DNA of 64,000 nt, taken from the human T2T-CHM13v2.0 reference genome, Homo sapiens. Under the pieces are notes generated by a model. It searched no databases. It had not been told where the DNA came from and saw only the letters and a list, made by a program, of their open reading frames with translations. Below, one piece after another: positions 24,871-40,110 of the stretch. The first letter of the stretch is position 1. The number at the start of each line of letters is the position of its first letter. The stretch is taken from assembly GCF_009914755.1 (NCBI RefSeq), contig NC_060938.1, one strand, 5' to 3'. The position numbers and the translations under genes are program-made.

Positions 24871-27800
24871 ATATATATTTCTGTAAATAAGAAAAGTCTA
24901 TTTTCTAAGCAACAAAATACCCTATAGAAAGAGAAGTGTTTTCTTTGGTAATTACCAAAGCTTATTAGCTACTTTGGGTGAGAGGTAAGTCTCCTAAGAA
25001 ATTTTTTTAATAATACAAGATAGTCAGTGAGCTAGTTTATAAATTAAAGTAGGGGGACAGCTATCTTCTTGGATGTCTTTACACGATGGAATACAGAAGG
25101 GGTGGAGCAGAACTGCTGGGAACATTAGAAACAATTAGAAGTTTTGTGGAGACAAAGGCGGAACAGGCGAGATGGCTGGCAGCCAGAGTAGGCCTTTGAA
25201 TGAACAGCAGTGATGCCTAAATGAGGATTTATTTTAAGTGTATTCTGTGAAGTGTGCTATGACTTCTCTTGCCTATACCTCTATGACATTCTCAATAACA
25301 TCTACTTCTCTTGCTAACATATTGAGAAAAAGGATGCTTTATTTATTTATCTATTATTTATTTATTTAGGCATAGAGCTGAAGTACTGAGTATGTCCCCA
25401 ATGCTGTTTCAGGAAAGCCCTCCAACATTTGTGCAAAACTTTGGAGATATTCTTTTCCTCTCTCAATTACTAGTGAGGGAGAAAGGACAAGTGTATTCAA
25501 AGACAAGATCCAGCCCACATTAGAGGTAGGAGTAGCATCTGTATCTCTTGGTGAATTGCGCTACCTGGCAAGAGTGGGTAGATGCACGGATAAATATTCA
25601 AATGTGTATGCACACAGAGACTATTTTTGAGGAAGCCAGACACAGAAATCCTAAAGTCATATGTATCTAGGAATCGAAGCATATCTCTCCTAATCTGGAC
25701 TCTTTCTTAGTACATTTTATAGGTGCATCTGAATATAATAGCTTTGTCAAAATCTTTCTTTCACTCTTCACACGTCTTAAGAGAAGCCAGAAACTGTATT
25801 TGATCCTCAACCCCTCAGTAACAAGGACACTCTTAAAATGAATCAGGATTTAATTCTAAACAACACATATTTAATACATACCTACTATGTTCTCAAAACA
25901 TTAAGATGATTTATGGCATGCAGTGGACATAGAGGTGTCTCCTCTTTTGTTGTGATGTACTTGTTCTGCATATTTCCCTGTTTTGGGTCATGGTTTTTTT
26001 TTTTTTTTTTTCTAGGATTTATCTGTTTCTTTGACTTTCTGATTCCTAGTTATCTTAAATTTTAATTATTTGCTTCTCCTTTAGTCACCTAGATTTCTTG
26101 CTTGTCTTTATCAAGGGTGTGTCATTCTTTTGATTCCTGTATGTTCACACAACTCAAGTCCATTCTTGTCCTACGGTTCTTACCACCATAGTTCTCCATT
26201 TTCCTGGTACTAGCTCATTTCTTGGCCCTAACATAATGTTCAATACTCTGCTTCATTTAATCAATATTTACTGACCGAGGAGGTCCGGGAAGGAAGACTA
26301 TCCTTATTGTTTTTTTCCTGTGAGTTCTTAGACAAGTATGCTTCCCTGTGAATTCTCCCTCTATCCTCTCCTTCTGAACTCAGTCCAAGATGCAGGAAAA
26401 CAGAACAGTCTGCATTCCCCTACTAATCCTTTTGGCAAGTGTGGTTGATGGTACATAAAAGAAAACATTAGCTTGAACAAGTCAATAACAGCATGTAACA
26501 TGAGCCTCAATTTTTCTTTCGTATTTTAAGGTAATGAGAGTAAATTTAGCCCAAATGTGTTCCTGCTGTCTAGTTTATTTTAGGGCAATTTAAGAAATAA
26601 TTCTCCACTGTACGGTTCATGTTCAACTTTGAAATCATCAGGTTAGCAATAGTGAGCTGTTATCTGCAAGTTAATTCAGATTCAATTTCAGTGGATAAAG
26701 ATACAAAGTAACTCAAATTGCCATCTTCCTGGTTCAGAAATAATTCTTTGGAAATTGGAGCCTAGGTGACAGGAGAACATTTTCTGTAAAGTTAATTTAA
26801 ATTAACAGATTCAATTTCATATGTGTTATGAGCCACCTGAATTTCCAGATGGGTACTGTAACATTTAAACAGAAATTCCACTTAGAACTCATTCCCTACA
26901 CTGGCATACAATCCTGGTAAAATCATCTCTCAGAAACACGTCAACACAGGTGCAATGGAAGATAATCATCATAATTCTCCACAAAAGTGACTTGTTAAGA
27001 ATGCAGAGAGAAGACAGGAATTACTAAAGATTTCAGAGGTATCATAATTTAAGCAGACTTATTTCAAATGAGAGCAATATTTGCTAATATTGCTTTTAGA
27101 AGAAATCAAATAAATACATTATTAAACAAAGCTAAAACCAGAATTCCAATGCATAATAATGCCAAAAATCCCTAAAGTATTTATAAGCAGTGCTTAAATT
27201 ATAGCTCCTGAAGAGTTTTCTTTGCTAGCTTTTCAAATTATTTTATTGTTTTAAAATAGCACTGCTTTTTAATGTTAGAATTGAGGAATTCTAGATATGA
27301 AGATATTTGATTATCTTTGTGATAATTGAGAAGATTTAGGTGACAGTAATTAAGAAGAAAAGAAAATCCTTTATGTAAAATACAAACAATAAATTGATTA
27401 TATGTAAGTTTAGATACATAAATCCAAGTTTAGATACATAATCAAATATGATTATGGTTCTCTATATCTTAAATTACAACATAATTTAAATTTTGTCTTT
27501 AAGGCAAATTACATAATAATTTGATAATCAAACTAAAGTGTTGGAAAAATTAAAAACAGGATGATTGTCATTTGTACACCCATTCTGTGCCAATTTTACC
27601 TACACTTTCAAATCGGATTCCAAATTGATGGTCATTGACATCTTTGAATCCACAAATCATAATATTTAATGATTGTCCTTAATCTTACTAATAATCTAGA
27701 TTTTACTTCCAAAAGTTACTTCCCTCCACTTACACATATTCATGTAGAATATTCTTTTTATTCTGGCTCTTGTTTATACATGCCATCATTTTTTTTTTCA

Positions 27801-28049
27801 AATAGTTCAATAGGAGTGTAATAGACCAAGAGGGCTGCTCACTCTCAACCCTTCTTGCTTTATACTCGCTCATCTTTCATCTTGTTAACAGCAGATCCCT
27901 ATGTCAGCATTTCAGCATTACCTCCCTTCATCAATTATACCACGGACAAGCCAACGGGCATAAACTCACTGTACCTCTCTCAAGTAGTTTCTCTATAAAT
28001 TTCTCACAGAAGCTTCTAGCATCTCTAATGCATGGGTAGAAGACTACAC

Positions 28050-28590
28050 ATAGTAACTGGTTTCCAAAGATGGCTGCCCAATGAACCATTCTTCCCAGAA
28101 TTCCTGCCCTACTGTGCTTTCTTCCTTTTGAATTTTTGTTGCCCCTTAAATTCTGAACCAATAAAATACAGTATTGTGACATTTAGGGATTTCCAAGCAT
28201 GAGACAGAAGAAGTCTTGAGGTTTCCAACTGGAGTCCTTTTCAATTGTTCTTCTCGGGATAATCTCTCTTGGAAACCAGCCTCCCGGCTCTGAGTAGCCC
28301 AAGTCACAGAGAGCACCAGATATAGGTGCCCTGGTAGACATCCCTAGCTGAGGTCCTGGCTGAGGTCTTGGCTAACAGCCATTATCTGTGGGCAGCAATA
28401 GGACTGAGCCATCTTGGACACCCAGTTTAGCCAAGCATCTGACTATAATCACACGAGAGGTCCCCAAGTAAAAACTACCCATCTGAGCCTAGTCAAGTCA
28501 CAAGATTTGTGAGAGATAAAAATAAATTGTTGTGTTAATCCAGTAAGTATCAAGGTAGTTTGGTATCAAACAAACAGATAATCAGAATAC
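28050..28590 (+). mobile_element. MLT1H-like LTR
   Basis: CCAAAGATGGCTGCC...GAGCCATCTTGGAC...GTGAGAGATAAAAATAAATTGTTG. Confidence 0.75.
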
Positions 28591-29039
28591 CATGTAAGGA
28601 AAATAATATTTCTACTATTTATATTGTTCAGATTAGCCTAAATCTAACAAAGTAATATACCTATGAATACATCTGGCTACTAGCACTGAAGGCCATTTTA
28701 CAGGAGTCATTCAACTAATAAATTTCTAATTTCTTAGTGCCAGCTTCTTATTGACAAGTCAGTGAAATCAACAGACCTCTAAGAATGGCAAAATAGATAC
28801 GAGGAATTAATAAAAAATGTTATTTAAAACAAAATACTCCACGATTTGTTAAATAAATTGAATATATCTGTATTTAATAATGCCAAGATTTTTAAGTTAG
28901 CAAAAGTAATTTACATTTACCATTAACCATTTATATCAAACAATTTGCTTATTTGTGTATCTTTAACCTATTTTAGCGGTTTTCCACTAAATTTAATTGA
29001 AAAAATATAATTAAATATTCTTTAAATGAGACTGCTTAA

Positions 29040-29397
29040 ATACAGATTCGCATTAGGTTTCAAATGTTACCTCCTCAGATAAGCTCTTATGCTGACTCTA
29101 TTTTAAATTGACACACACACAGCTCTCACCTACATAGTTTATTTTCTGTTTTATTTCTTTCATAGCTCTTACAATTTTCTTGAATTAGCTCATTTCTTTT
29201 CTTGTTTACTCTTGTCACCACCACTTTGGAATGTAAGTTCCATGAGAGGAGGGTCTTGGTATCTCTTGTTATCCCTAAGATATCTGGTTCATTATATTCC
29301 TTAAGGCTTACTCTTCATTTTTTATGGCTGCATAGTATTCCATGCTGCTTAGGACAGATTAGGCCTTCAATCATACTTGTTAATAAATGAATGAATA
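29040..29397 (+). mobile_element. L2 3' fragment
   Basis: CAAATGTTACCTCCTCAGA, GAATGTAAGTTCCATGAG and terminal AATGAATGAAT. Confidence 0.65.
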
Positions 29398-31334
29398 ATT
29401 TAGAATTTTTCAAATGCCTTAGGTTTGGGTCTCTATATTAAAAGCAGGAAAAAACAAACAAATAATATAAAATTCTCCTACACTAAATACATGTTTTCTT
29501 CCTCTTGCCTTGCTAATTTATGAAATCTCAATTTTCAAAATATTCTTGTCTTTAGTACTTTGCAACAAGCATAATTATTTGATAGAAAAGGAGATAAAGG
29601 AATCATAATATCTGGGTCGTGGTTGGAGGTTTCCAACACTAGTTGTATCTATAGTTAAACCAAGTGGCAGAAGCTTCTTTTACTCACTATTTTTTATCAG
29701 TAGACTATGTAAAGTTGTATCTGTCTTTGTGGTTTCTAGTGTAGTTTTGAATATCTAATAAAATACTTGATACAAGGCAGTTTGAAAAGTTAAAGTCACT
29801 ATGGCAAAGTAAAAGCACGTGATTGCTAACCTTTAATATTATCCTTAAGTCAAACATAAAACATATTTTAATACCGCTCTTTTAAATATTTGTGGCAATT
29901 TCAACGGATTTTATGTATTGTAATCAATTTTTTTCCATGCAGTGAAAACTATTTGTTTCTCAAAAATGAATCACTCCATTTTTAAGACACCAGTATTTCT
30001 TACCTGTTATATAACAGACGAGTTCTCATATGTATGTGTGTGTATAAGAACAATACATATGTATTTGTGTATATACACAGTTGTACGTGTGTGTGTGTGT
30101 GTATCATCCTGTCTTCACAACAATATGTGGAAACATTCAACTGACAAACTATTTAAGTTTTGGGAAATTTACATATGAATTTAACCATTTATTAATGTGT
30201 TGATTTCTATATTTTAAGTCCTCTTATATGATTACTATGCACCGTTCCAGGTGTATGAATTAAATCCTCAAGCCAACATACATGTATATCTTTTTCTGGA
30301 ATTTACATTCAGTTTGATTTTAAGAGTCTATTCATGCAATGGAATATGCACATTATTGTCATTATTGCCAACAAATGATTTAGTTACCATAAAAAGAGTC
30401 TATTTCAAAAAAGCTAGAGTCCATATTCAACTATCCGTTTATTACTTTAACGGACTTCTATTATTGTGTTAGGTGTTTAGGAAACAAATGTGATTAGGAC
30501 ACTGCCTGGAAGCTTAAGATTTTCACAATCTGTGCAGGAACAAATATTCAAGTATTGAAATAGATTGATATTTGTTCTCCTAGACAAGTAGCCTTGGAGG
30601 AAAGGACCATGTTAATGCTCAGAAAAAATGACCTGGTGCTACTGCTAGGTTGTTCCTATCTTGTTAATAACCCTGTTATTATTGATACTTGTGTAAGTAG
30701 TGTTAGAAACACGCTTGAATTTAATGGGAAAAGGAAACTAATTTGCAATCTTAGAGCTACTATAAATGGAATATTTCAAGTAAATTAAAGAGATAGGTGT
30801 TATTAAGTCTTTCTTTTTTCCCCAGATTTTACACTTCTATCAGCTCATTAGAGGCAGGCAGTTCATTATGTGGTTTATAACCAAATTGGAAAATGTTCTC
30901 CAAAGGGTAGAACACTCTACAAAGAGTATTGGTATTGAGGGAAATGATTTAATAACTGCTTCTTGAGGTTTGGACTGGGAGTCTTACAAGTAGTTCAACT
31001 TAGAATTACACAAATGACAAGGGCTAACATTTCTCAGAATTATAAGCCAAGAGACAATGATTAGTTGGAGCCAGTAAGATATATTGTCCGGTGCATGGAT
31101 TTTTATAGATAACTTGGAAAGTAGAAGTAAAATATCTGACTAAATTTTTCCAGTTCCCGTGGGGGATTCTCAGCATTCAGTCATGGAATCAGAAGTCTTA
31201 ATACCATACAAGACTTTAAGTAGAATAAGTAGAATCAGTACGGGCTATATTCTTTGTGTATTTTTAAAGCTTATCAATCACATAGGGTCATCATGTATGA
31301 TATGACTCTTAAGGTCCAAGAAACTCTAGTTTTA

Positions 31335-31492
31335 GGCTCAGTCCAGTGGCTTACGTCTGTAATTCTAGCAATTTGAGTGGCCAAGGCAGGTTTTCTTGAG
31401 GCCAGAAGTTTGAGACCAGCCTGGGCAACATAGTGAGACCCCGTATGCACACACACACACAAATAAAAATTAAAAAATGAAATAAAATGGAA
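31335..31492 (+). mobile_element. FLAM-type Alu monomer
   Basis: Left-monomer sequence with CTTGAGGCCAGAAGTTTGAGACCAGCCTGGGCAACATAGTGAGACCCC, then an A-rich tail; degenerate TSD AAGAAANNCTAGTT. Confidence 0.8.
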
Positions 31493-31695
31493 AAGAAATA
31501 CTAGTTCTCAGGAAGAATTAGCTTTTCTTTTTAATAAAGAAATGGGGAATCCTCTCATTCCCCTTTCCTGAAAATACGAAATTCAGATGGAAGATGCCCT
31601 TACCGAAGTAGCTCACCAACACACACCATGCATCCTTTCCCCTAAGTGTTTCTTTCAACATGTAGTGGCTCTGTTCTTTTTAAAAGCTCCAGTTA

Positions 31696-32284
<589 letters not shown>

Positions 32285-33947
32285 TCACCACCTTCACACA
32301 ATGGAATTAATTAAAATACTATCTATAAAATTCTCTGTAAATTTCTAAGCTCTCAAAAGGTATCATTAGTGGTCCTTTACCACTTAAGCTTCTGAAAGAA
32401 TGAAACATGAGGAAATTTTGGTGTGGTGGCTTTAGTGAAATGACAACGCCATTAAAATGAGCTACTCCTGTGGAGCGGAACGTTGGAGCATCAGCTGAAA
32501 ACTGAAAGACTGGAAGTATTTGGAGGTCAAAGCTCTAAAATGAAAGTTAGGGCAATGCAAAAAGATGCGGAGTGTAAATAATAGGTGCTCCATACACGTC
32601 TATTCCCTTCACCTTACTTTATAATTTTTATTGAAGTCAGAAACAAGCAAGATCAACATCCTTTATATGCATGTGCTAGGAAGGTTTCATGAAAATGAGT
32701 GAAAAAATCTTTGAAAAATGAATGTTGCTTAATAATGCTTGTAATATGGTGTAACCCAGGAATACAACGTCCTTGGAGTCAACATTATATACTCAGGTTC
32801 ATCTTATCTTGCTGCATTCTACATATTCATAGTCTTTTTGGTACATACTCACCACTGACAGCTCAACTCATTATAGCAATCCAAGGCAGACAGAAAACAG
32901 AGTGCAAACATATATCTCAGGCCCTGCATTGTCAGTGAAGGACAAAATAATAACAGGGAAATTTCTCCTTCCTCAAGTTGGGTAATATTCAGCTTTATGT
33001 GTCCAATTCTGTTCTAAGTTACATAACAGCATAAAGCATTCTGTAATTTTGCATCTAAAATTAAAATAATTTCATACACCACATAAGAGTCAATAGAAGA
33101 AAAAGGTAAAATGGAAGGATGTAAAAGGCAAATGGGGAATTATTTATTCAAAAGAAAATTATTTTTTTGAAGTGGCAAAATGCAGGCAGGAGACTATCAT
33201 AATAAAATATAACTAATAATAATAGCTAATACAGTTTAATAATAGATTCAATTAATATCTTCCTTATGATTTACAATGAACATATTAAGCATGGGTATTA
33301 TGCAAGGGGCAATAGAGTCACATCTTATCATTGTCAAACACTCAAATAGAAAATAGTATTTCTTGAGGAGAAAACAAACAAAGATATAAGCAGAGAGGTA
33401 CCGGAATGTACGTGGTATATGAATTGTTAGTGTACCACAGAGCGATGTGCTTAGGATACATAAAGCTGATCTACACATGCCATGGCTGGGGTTCCAGGAA
33501 AAGAGAGACCACAGCCCTCACTTTTAGGGGTGCAGGAAAGAAACCTCACTGTGAGTCTGAAAAGTGAAAGCTCTTTAATCAAGGATGTGGCCGTATTAAA
33601 AAAGGAGGTATTTGAAGCTCATGGCTGGTTCTTTCACTAACCTAACTCAGTCCCAGTGATGTCCGCTAACCAAAGGAGGAAGTGAGCCTTCAGATTACCA
33701 TTTGTCTTTCCTCAGTGGGTCTTATTAGCACTTATATACATGAAGAAGCGGATACTTGATTGACAGACTTCAAGTTTCTCACCCAAGATCCTACAGGAAT
33801 TTAACAAGAGTTAAAGAAGTAAAATGGGCCTGTAATTTTATTTCTTTTTGTGTTGTATTTTGTTTTATGTCCTTGTATAATGAATTGAGGATCTTTCTTC
33901 ACTATGTGTTAACATCATTTGAGTAAAGTAAGAGTTTTTCTGTTTCT

Positions 33948-33973
33948 TGTGTGTGTGTGTGTGTGTGTGTGTG
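33948..33973. repeat. (TG)13 microsatellite
   Basis: Read directly. Confidence 0.95.
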
Positions 33974-33974
33974 T

Positions 33975-35478
33975 TTTAATTTGTATGAGAAAACAATTGA
34001 GAGTTAGTTTTATTTTTTTGGAAGTGGTGGGGGTAGGCAAGATTTGTTGATTATTCAATTTATTTCATGGTTATTGGTTTGTTTAGGTTTTCTATTCATA
34101 TTTCTTGTGTTAATTTTTATAAGTAATATTTTTCTAGATAAATTTCCATTTTAATTATGTTTTAACATGTACTATTATAAAGTCATGGTTATAATTTTAA
34201 AGTAACCTATATTGATCTGCATGTACATGCATTTTTCTCCCTTTGATTGATAAATCTTCCAAACTTGTGCCTAATTTATTATATCTTTCAGTTTCATCCT
34301 TAGTATGGTTTCTTTAGATCTTTTAAAGTCCTTTTCTGCTCAATCCATTGTCTTTATTATTTCCAAGTGTGTTTCTATTAGCTAAATTTTCTACAGCTTT
34401 TGGGTCACATTTGCTGTAGTGTCTGGTAATTTTGTATCAGATTTCTGACACAGTGAATGGCACATGTTTGAGTATATGGAATTGATTATATTCTTTTGAA
34501 GAATGTTGATGCTTATTATGGCAGGCTTGATCTTTTCAAGGCTTAGTTTTAAGCATCTTTTAGGACAAGATTAAAGTATCTTTTATTCTAGAGCTAGTGT
34601 AGTCCTACTCCACAAGTGTGAGCTTTCTGCAGTTTCTATTGATTGCCATTAATGTTGAATACAATTTCTACTACTTGGCTGCTTTGAATTTGGATGTGAC
34701 TCAGTCCTGTGTGAGGTTTGGAAATTATTCAGTTGCTCACTGCATTTACTTGCCTAGCCTCATAGAGTTTCAACTTTATATGCTAAAATCAGTGTGAAGT
34801 CCAAGATTCAAGAGGATACAACACAGATTTCAGGAGTTCGATCTCTGCCCTGCAACTGCCTCAGCTTTTTTTTTTTTTTTTTTTTTTTAAGACAGAGTCT
34901 GCCTCCATCACCCAGGCTGGAGTGCAGTGGAGTGCAGTGGCCCAATCTCTGGTCACTGCAACCTCCGCCTCCCGGGTTCAAGCAATTCTCTTGCCTCGGC
35001 TTACCGAGTATCTGGGAACCCAGATACTCGACCCAGATACACGACCATGCCGGCTAATTTTTGTATTTTTAGTAGAGACGAGTTTCACCATGTTGGCCAG
35101 GCTGGTCTCAAACTCCTGGCCTCAAGTGATCCGCCTGCCTGGCCTCCCAAAGTGCTGGGATTACAGGCATGAGCCACTGAACCTGGCCTGCCTCAACCTT
35201 TCTGAAATCTGACCTATGCCACCTTCCATCAGCGATCCCATCATTCTCTGTCTTCCTCATTGCTGAGCGTTGGTGCTGAATTTACCTCTAGGCAGAAAGC
35301 CAGAGCAATTGGAAAGCTCACTTTGTTTTCATTCTCTTCAGTATTATGGTCCTGTTCTGCCTATATCCTCCATGTCTGAAAAGAGTTGTTTTATATACTT
35401 TGCCCACTTTTCTAGTTATTTACAATAGGAAAGACAGTGCCCTTCTATTTACTTTTCATGATTAGGAGTAGAATTACC
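33975..35478 (-). mobile_element. Ancient L1M fragments (ORF2 piece and 5'-region piece), interrupted by an Alu
   Basis: T-rich reverse-complement L1 motifs (GGTTTGTTTAGGTTTTCTATT; TGTCTGGTAATTTTG; GGCAGAAAGCCAGAGCAATT...GCTCAC). Confidence 0.55.
34866..35188 (-). mobile_element. AluS (Sz/Sx-like) with internal rearrangements
   Basis: Reverse-complement Alu; degenerate TSD TGCCTCA(G/A)C; 10-bp duplication 34921-34940; hairpin plus duplication 35005-35043. Confidence 0.9.
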
Positions 35479-35502
35479 TCCCACTAGTTTGGATGAATCT
35501 GG

Positions 35503-35542
35503 TGTGTGTGTGTGTGTGTGTCTGTGTGTGTGTGTGTGTGTG
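35503..35542. repeat. Interrupted (TG)n
   Basis: Read directly. Confidence 0.9.
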
Positions 35543-35720
35543 GTGTGTTTTGTTTTTTGTGGGTTTTTTTGGTGGATTAATCTTTAGTGCCATGTAATTT
35601 TTAGTATGTATATTTTTAAACATGGAATTATTTAGAACTGGGATTTTTAGTTTCCAACAGTACATTTGTTTTTTGAAAAGTTATCTTTGAAGTGTAGTTC
35701 ACGCTTGCCAAAATATATGA

Positions 35721-36087
35721 TCTTTCTCTTCTTTCTCTTTTTCTTTCTTTCTTCCTTCCTTCTTTCCTTCCTTTCTTTCTCTTTCTTTCTCTTTCTTTTT
35801 CTTTCTTTCTCTTTCTTTCTTTTCCTTCCTTCCTCCTTCCTTTCTTTTCTTCTTTCTTTCTTTCTTCTTTCCCTCCCTCCCTTCCTTCCTTCCTCTTTTC
35901 TTTTCTTTTCCTTTTCTTTCTTTTCTTTTCTTTCTTTCCTTCTTTTTTCTTTCCTTCCTTTCGTTCTTTCTTTTGTCTTTCTTTCCTTCTTTCTTTCTCT
36001 CTTCTTTCCTTTTTTCTTTCCTTCTTTTTTCTTTCCTTTCTTTCTCTTTCTTTCTTTCTCTCTGTCTTTCTTTTGTTCTTTCTTTTT
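35721..36087. repeat. Polypyrimidine tract of degenerate (TTTC)n/(TTCC)n
   Basis: ~370 bp almost entirely C/T, with only a few G. Confidence 0.97.
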
Positions 36088-36199
36088 GATATTTGTTCTG
36101 TATTCTTTTGAGATAGCACCCAAGATATGCATGAAATAATGTATTTTTCTTCATGGTTCTTTGCAAAGTTCTTTATTAGGTCAAACATATTACAATTGA

Positions 36200-36613
<414 letters not shown>

Positions 36614-36754
36614 TAATTTTTGCTATGTACTAAGGTGCATTGAGACTCAGAATTTTTGTATATTTCTGGTAAATTTTTCCCATTAACACTACATAAGCAT
36701 GATTTTGTGTTTCCAATAATACATTTTTCTTAGTAGTTACTGTCTTTTGATTAG

Positions 36755-37139
36755 TGATATGGTTAGGATTTGTGTCTGAACCGAAATCTCCTCTTGAATT
36801 GGATTCCCCGTAATCCCCACAATCCCCACATGTCAAAGGAGCCATGTCAAGGGAGGTAACTGAATCATGAGGGCAGTTTTCCTCATGCTGTTCTCATGAT
36901 AGTGAGTGAGTTTTTATGAGATCTGATGGTTTTATAAGGGGCTCTTACCCCTTGACTCAGAACTTCTTCCTGCTGTCTTGTGAGAAGATGCCTTGCTTCC
37001 CCTTTGCCTTCCACCATGATTGTAAGTTTCCTGAGGCCTCCCCAGCTACGCTGAACTGTGAGTCAATTAAATCTCTTTCTTTTATAAATTACCCATTCTA
37101 AGGCGGTTCTTTATAGCAGTGTGAAAATGGACTAATACA
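36755..37139 (+). mobile_element. THE1 (C/D-like) solo LTR
   Basis: TGATATGGTTAGG...GGACTAATACA; perfect 5-bp TSD ATTAG. Confidence 0.92.
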
Positions 37140-37161
37140 ATTAGTATTTTTTTGCCATTTA

Positions 37162-37543
<382 letters not shown>

Positions 37544-39157
37544 TAAATAACTTGTAGTTGAATGCTTTTAAGTCATTCTAGAAATGGCATTTGTTTTTAA
37601 GTCATTCTAGAAATGGCTTTTTCTTTCGTAGGGAAGTTGAAATTTCTTTTTTCAAATATATTCTTTGGTATTAGACACTTAATAATAATTAATTATTAAG
37701 CTTTGTTTTATTTTCCCCTACTTTTGCTTTCAATAAACTTATTTATAGATATGACTTATTGAAAAACTAATAAACCATAACTGTGGAAGTGACGTATTTT
37801 CACAAAATGAACTTACTTATTTAACACACCGAGATAAATGAATAAATGGTACTAGTCCCCAGAGAGCTCTCTTATACCCATCCCAGTTAGTAGCTCCTTC
37901 TTCCTCAAAGGTGAACAATATCTAAATTGCTAACAGCATAGATTAGTTGTGCCTGTGTTAGCCTATATAAATGAGATCATAAAGTATATTACATTAACTC
38001 TTGAATTATAGTTAACTACTTATTTCCCTTGTTGTTTGTTTTCTCCATTTGTGATTTTCCTGACAATTATCTTCCAGTTCACTGATTTTCTTTGCAATCT
38101 ATTACTCATTTAATCACTCAGAACAAATTATTTGATAAACCTTCTATGACCGTTGCTGTTATATTTTATTCATTTTCCAGTTTAAACTTTTTTCCTCCTC
38201 ATATTCTGACTATGATACATGGTAGTTCATCCACCAGTAGTGTTGGGAACTGGTTTACAAATGCTTCTTCAGCAGGTATTGTTTCATAAGTAGTAGTCTT
38301 GTGTATTGTCACTGAGAAGGCACTCCTCTGGCATGGATTTATGTTTATTTTCAGCTGAGTCTTAGTGTTTCACGTTTCCTGAATCAGAAGTTCTATAGAC
38401 TAGTTGGCTTTATAAGAGTACACCCAAAGGATCTGTTTTCTGTGTTCCTCTGATTCTTAAAATTCTAGTCTTCAACTCCTAGGATATCACTTCAATAGTG
38501 ATCCCTCCCCGGAATGCTGAAGCATTAACTAGTTTTATTGTTCTGTCTTTAAGTTATTGTCTGTCTCTAGCTTTTGGAGATTTGTCCTTTTGCTTCAAGT
38601 AGTAGTATATTTTAATAGGAAGAGATGTGGATAAAATCTATCTTCACTCATTTATTTATTTTTGCTGACATAACCATGCAATAATAATGTAATAAATTTT
38701 ACAAAATAAATTAAATCTTGCAACAAAAATTAATAAATTAACATGAATGGATATACATATAGCTGGCTATAATAAAATATAAAATCAAGAGAACATAAAA
38801 ACCTACCATCTAAATCACAAAATAAAATATACCTGAATAAATTCTTTTACATTCTATTCAAAAAAGCAAATATAGCAAGAAAATTTGTGAAAAGCCAAGC
38901 ACATATAAGCAAAAAGTAACAATTGAAAGAAATACAGAAATATTTTATTCCAAAAAAAAAGAAAAAAGATTAAGAGTCACGCTTCTAGAGTAAATTTCAG
39001 AGATTGTTTGTACCAAGACAACAAAATGACAACATCAGTCAATACTAATTTAAACTAGCTTGACCCAAATATTATATCTATACTTCCATCTGAGTGATAG
39101 AAACTATAAGGTAGAAAACACAACCATAAGCATAAAACCCAAATTCTATATTTCATC

Positions 39158-39856
<699 letters not shown>

Positions 39857-39859
39857 TGG

Positions 39860-40110
39860 ATGGGACAGCATGGTACAATCACTAATAGCACAGATTTGGT
39901 AGCCAGACTTCTTGGAGTCAGATCTCTACTCTTCCACTACCTGCATGTTCTTGGGCAAGTTATGGAACCTCTCTGTTACTTGTTTTTCTTCCTTTAAGTG
40001 AAAATAGTAATTGTATTTTTGCGACTTGATATGAGAATTGAGTTAAATGATTTAATATTCATTGTGTTTACAACAGTGCTTGATAAATATTAAATGCAGT
40101 ATGTTGCTAT
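39860..40110 (+). mobile_element. MIR
   Basis: AGCCAGACT...CTTGGGCAAGTTATGGAACCTCTCTG...GAGAATTGAG...ACAGTGCTTG. Confidence 0.7.

Noticed and set aside
35628-36188. Longest ORFs (155-186 aa, K/E/R-rich or F/L/S-rich)
   Set aside because: They are translations of the CT-rich simple repeat, which lacks stop codons by composition.
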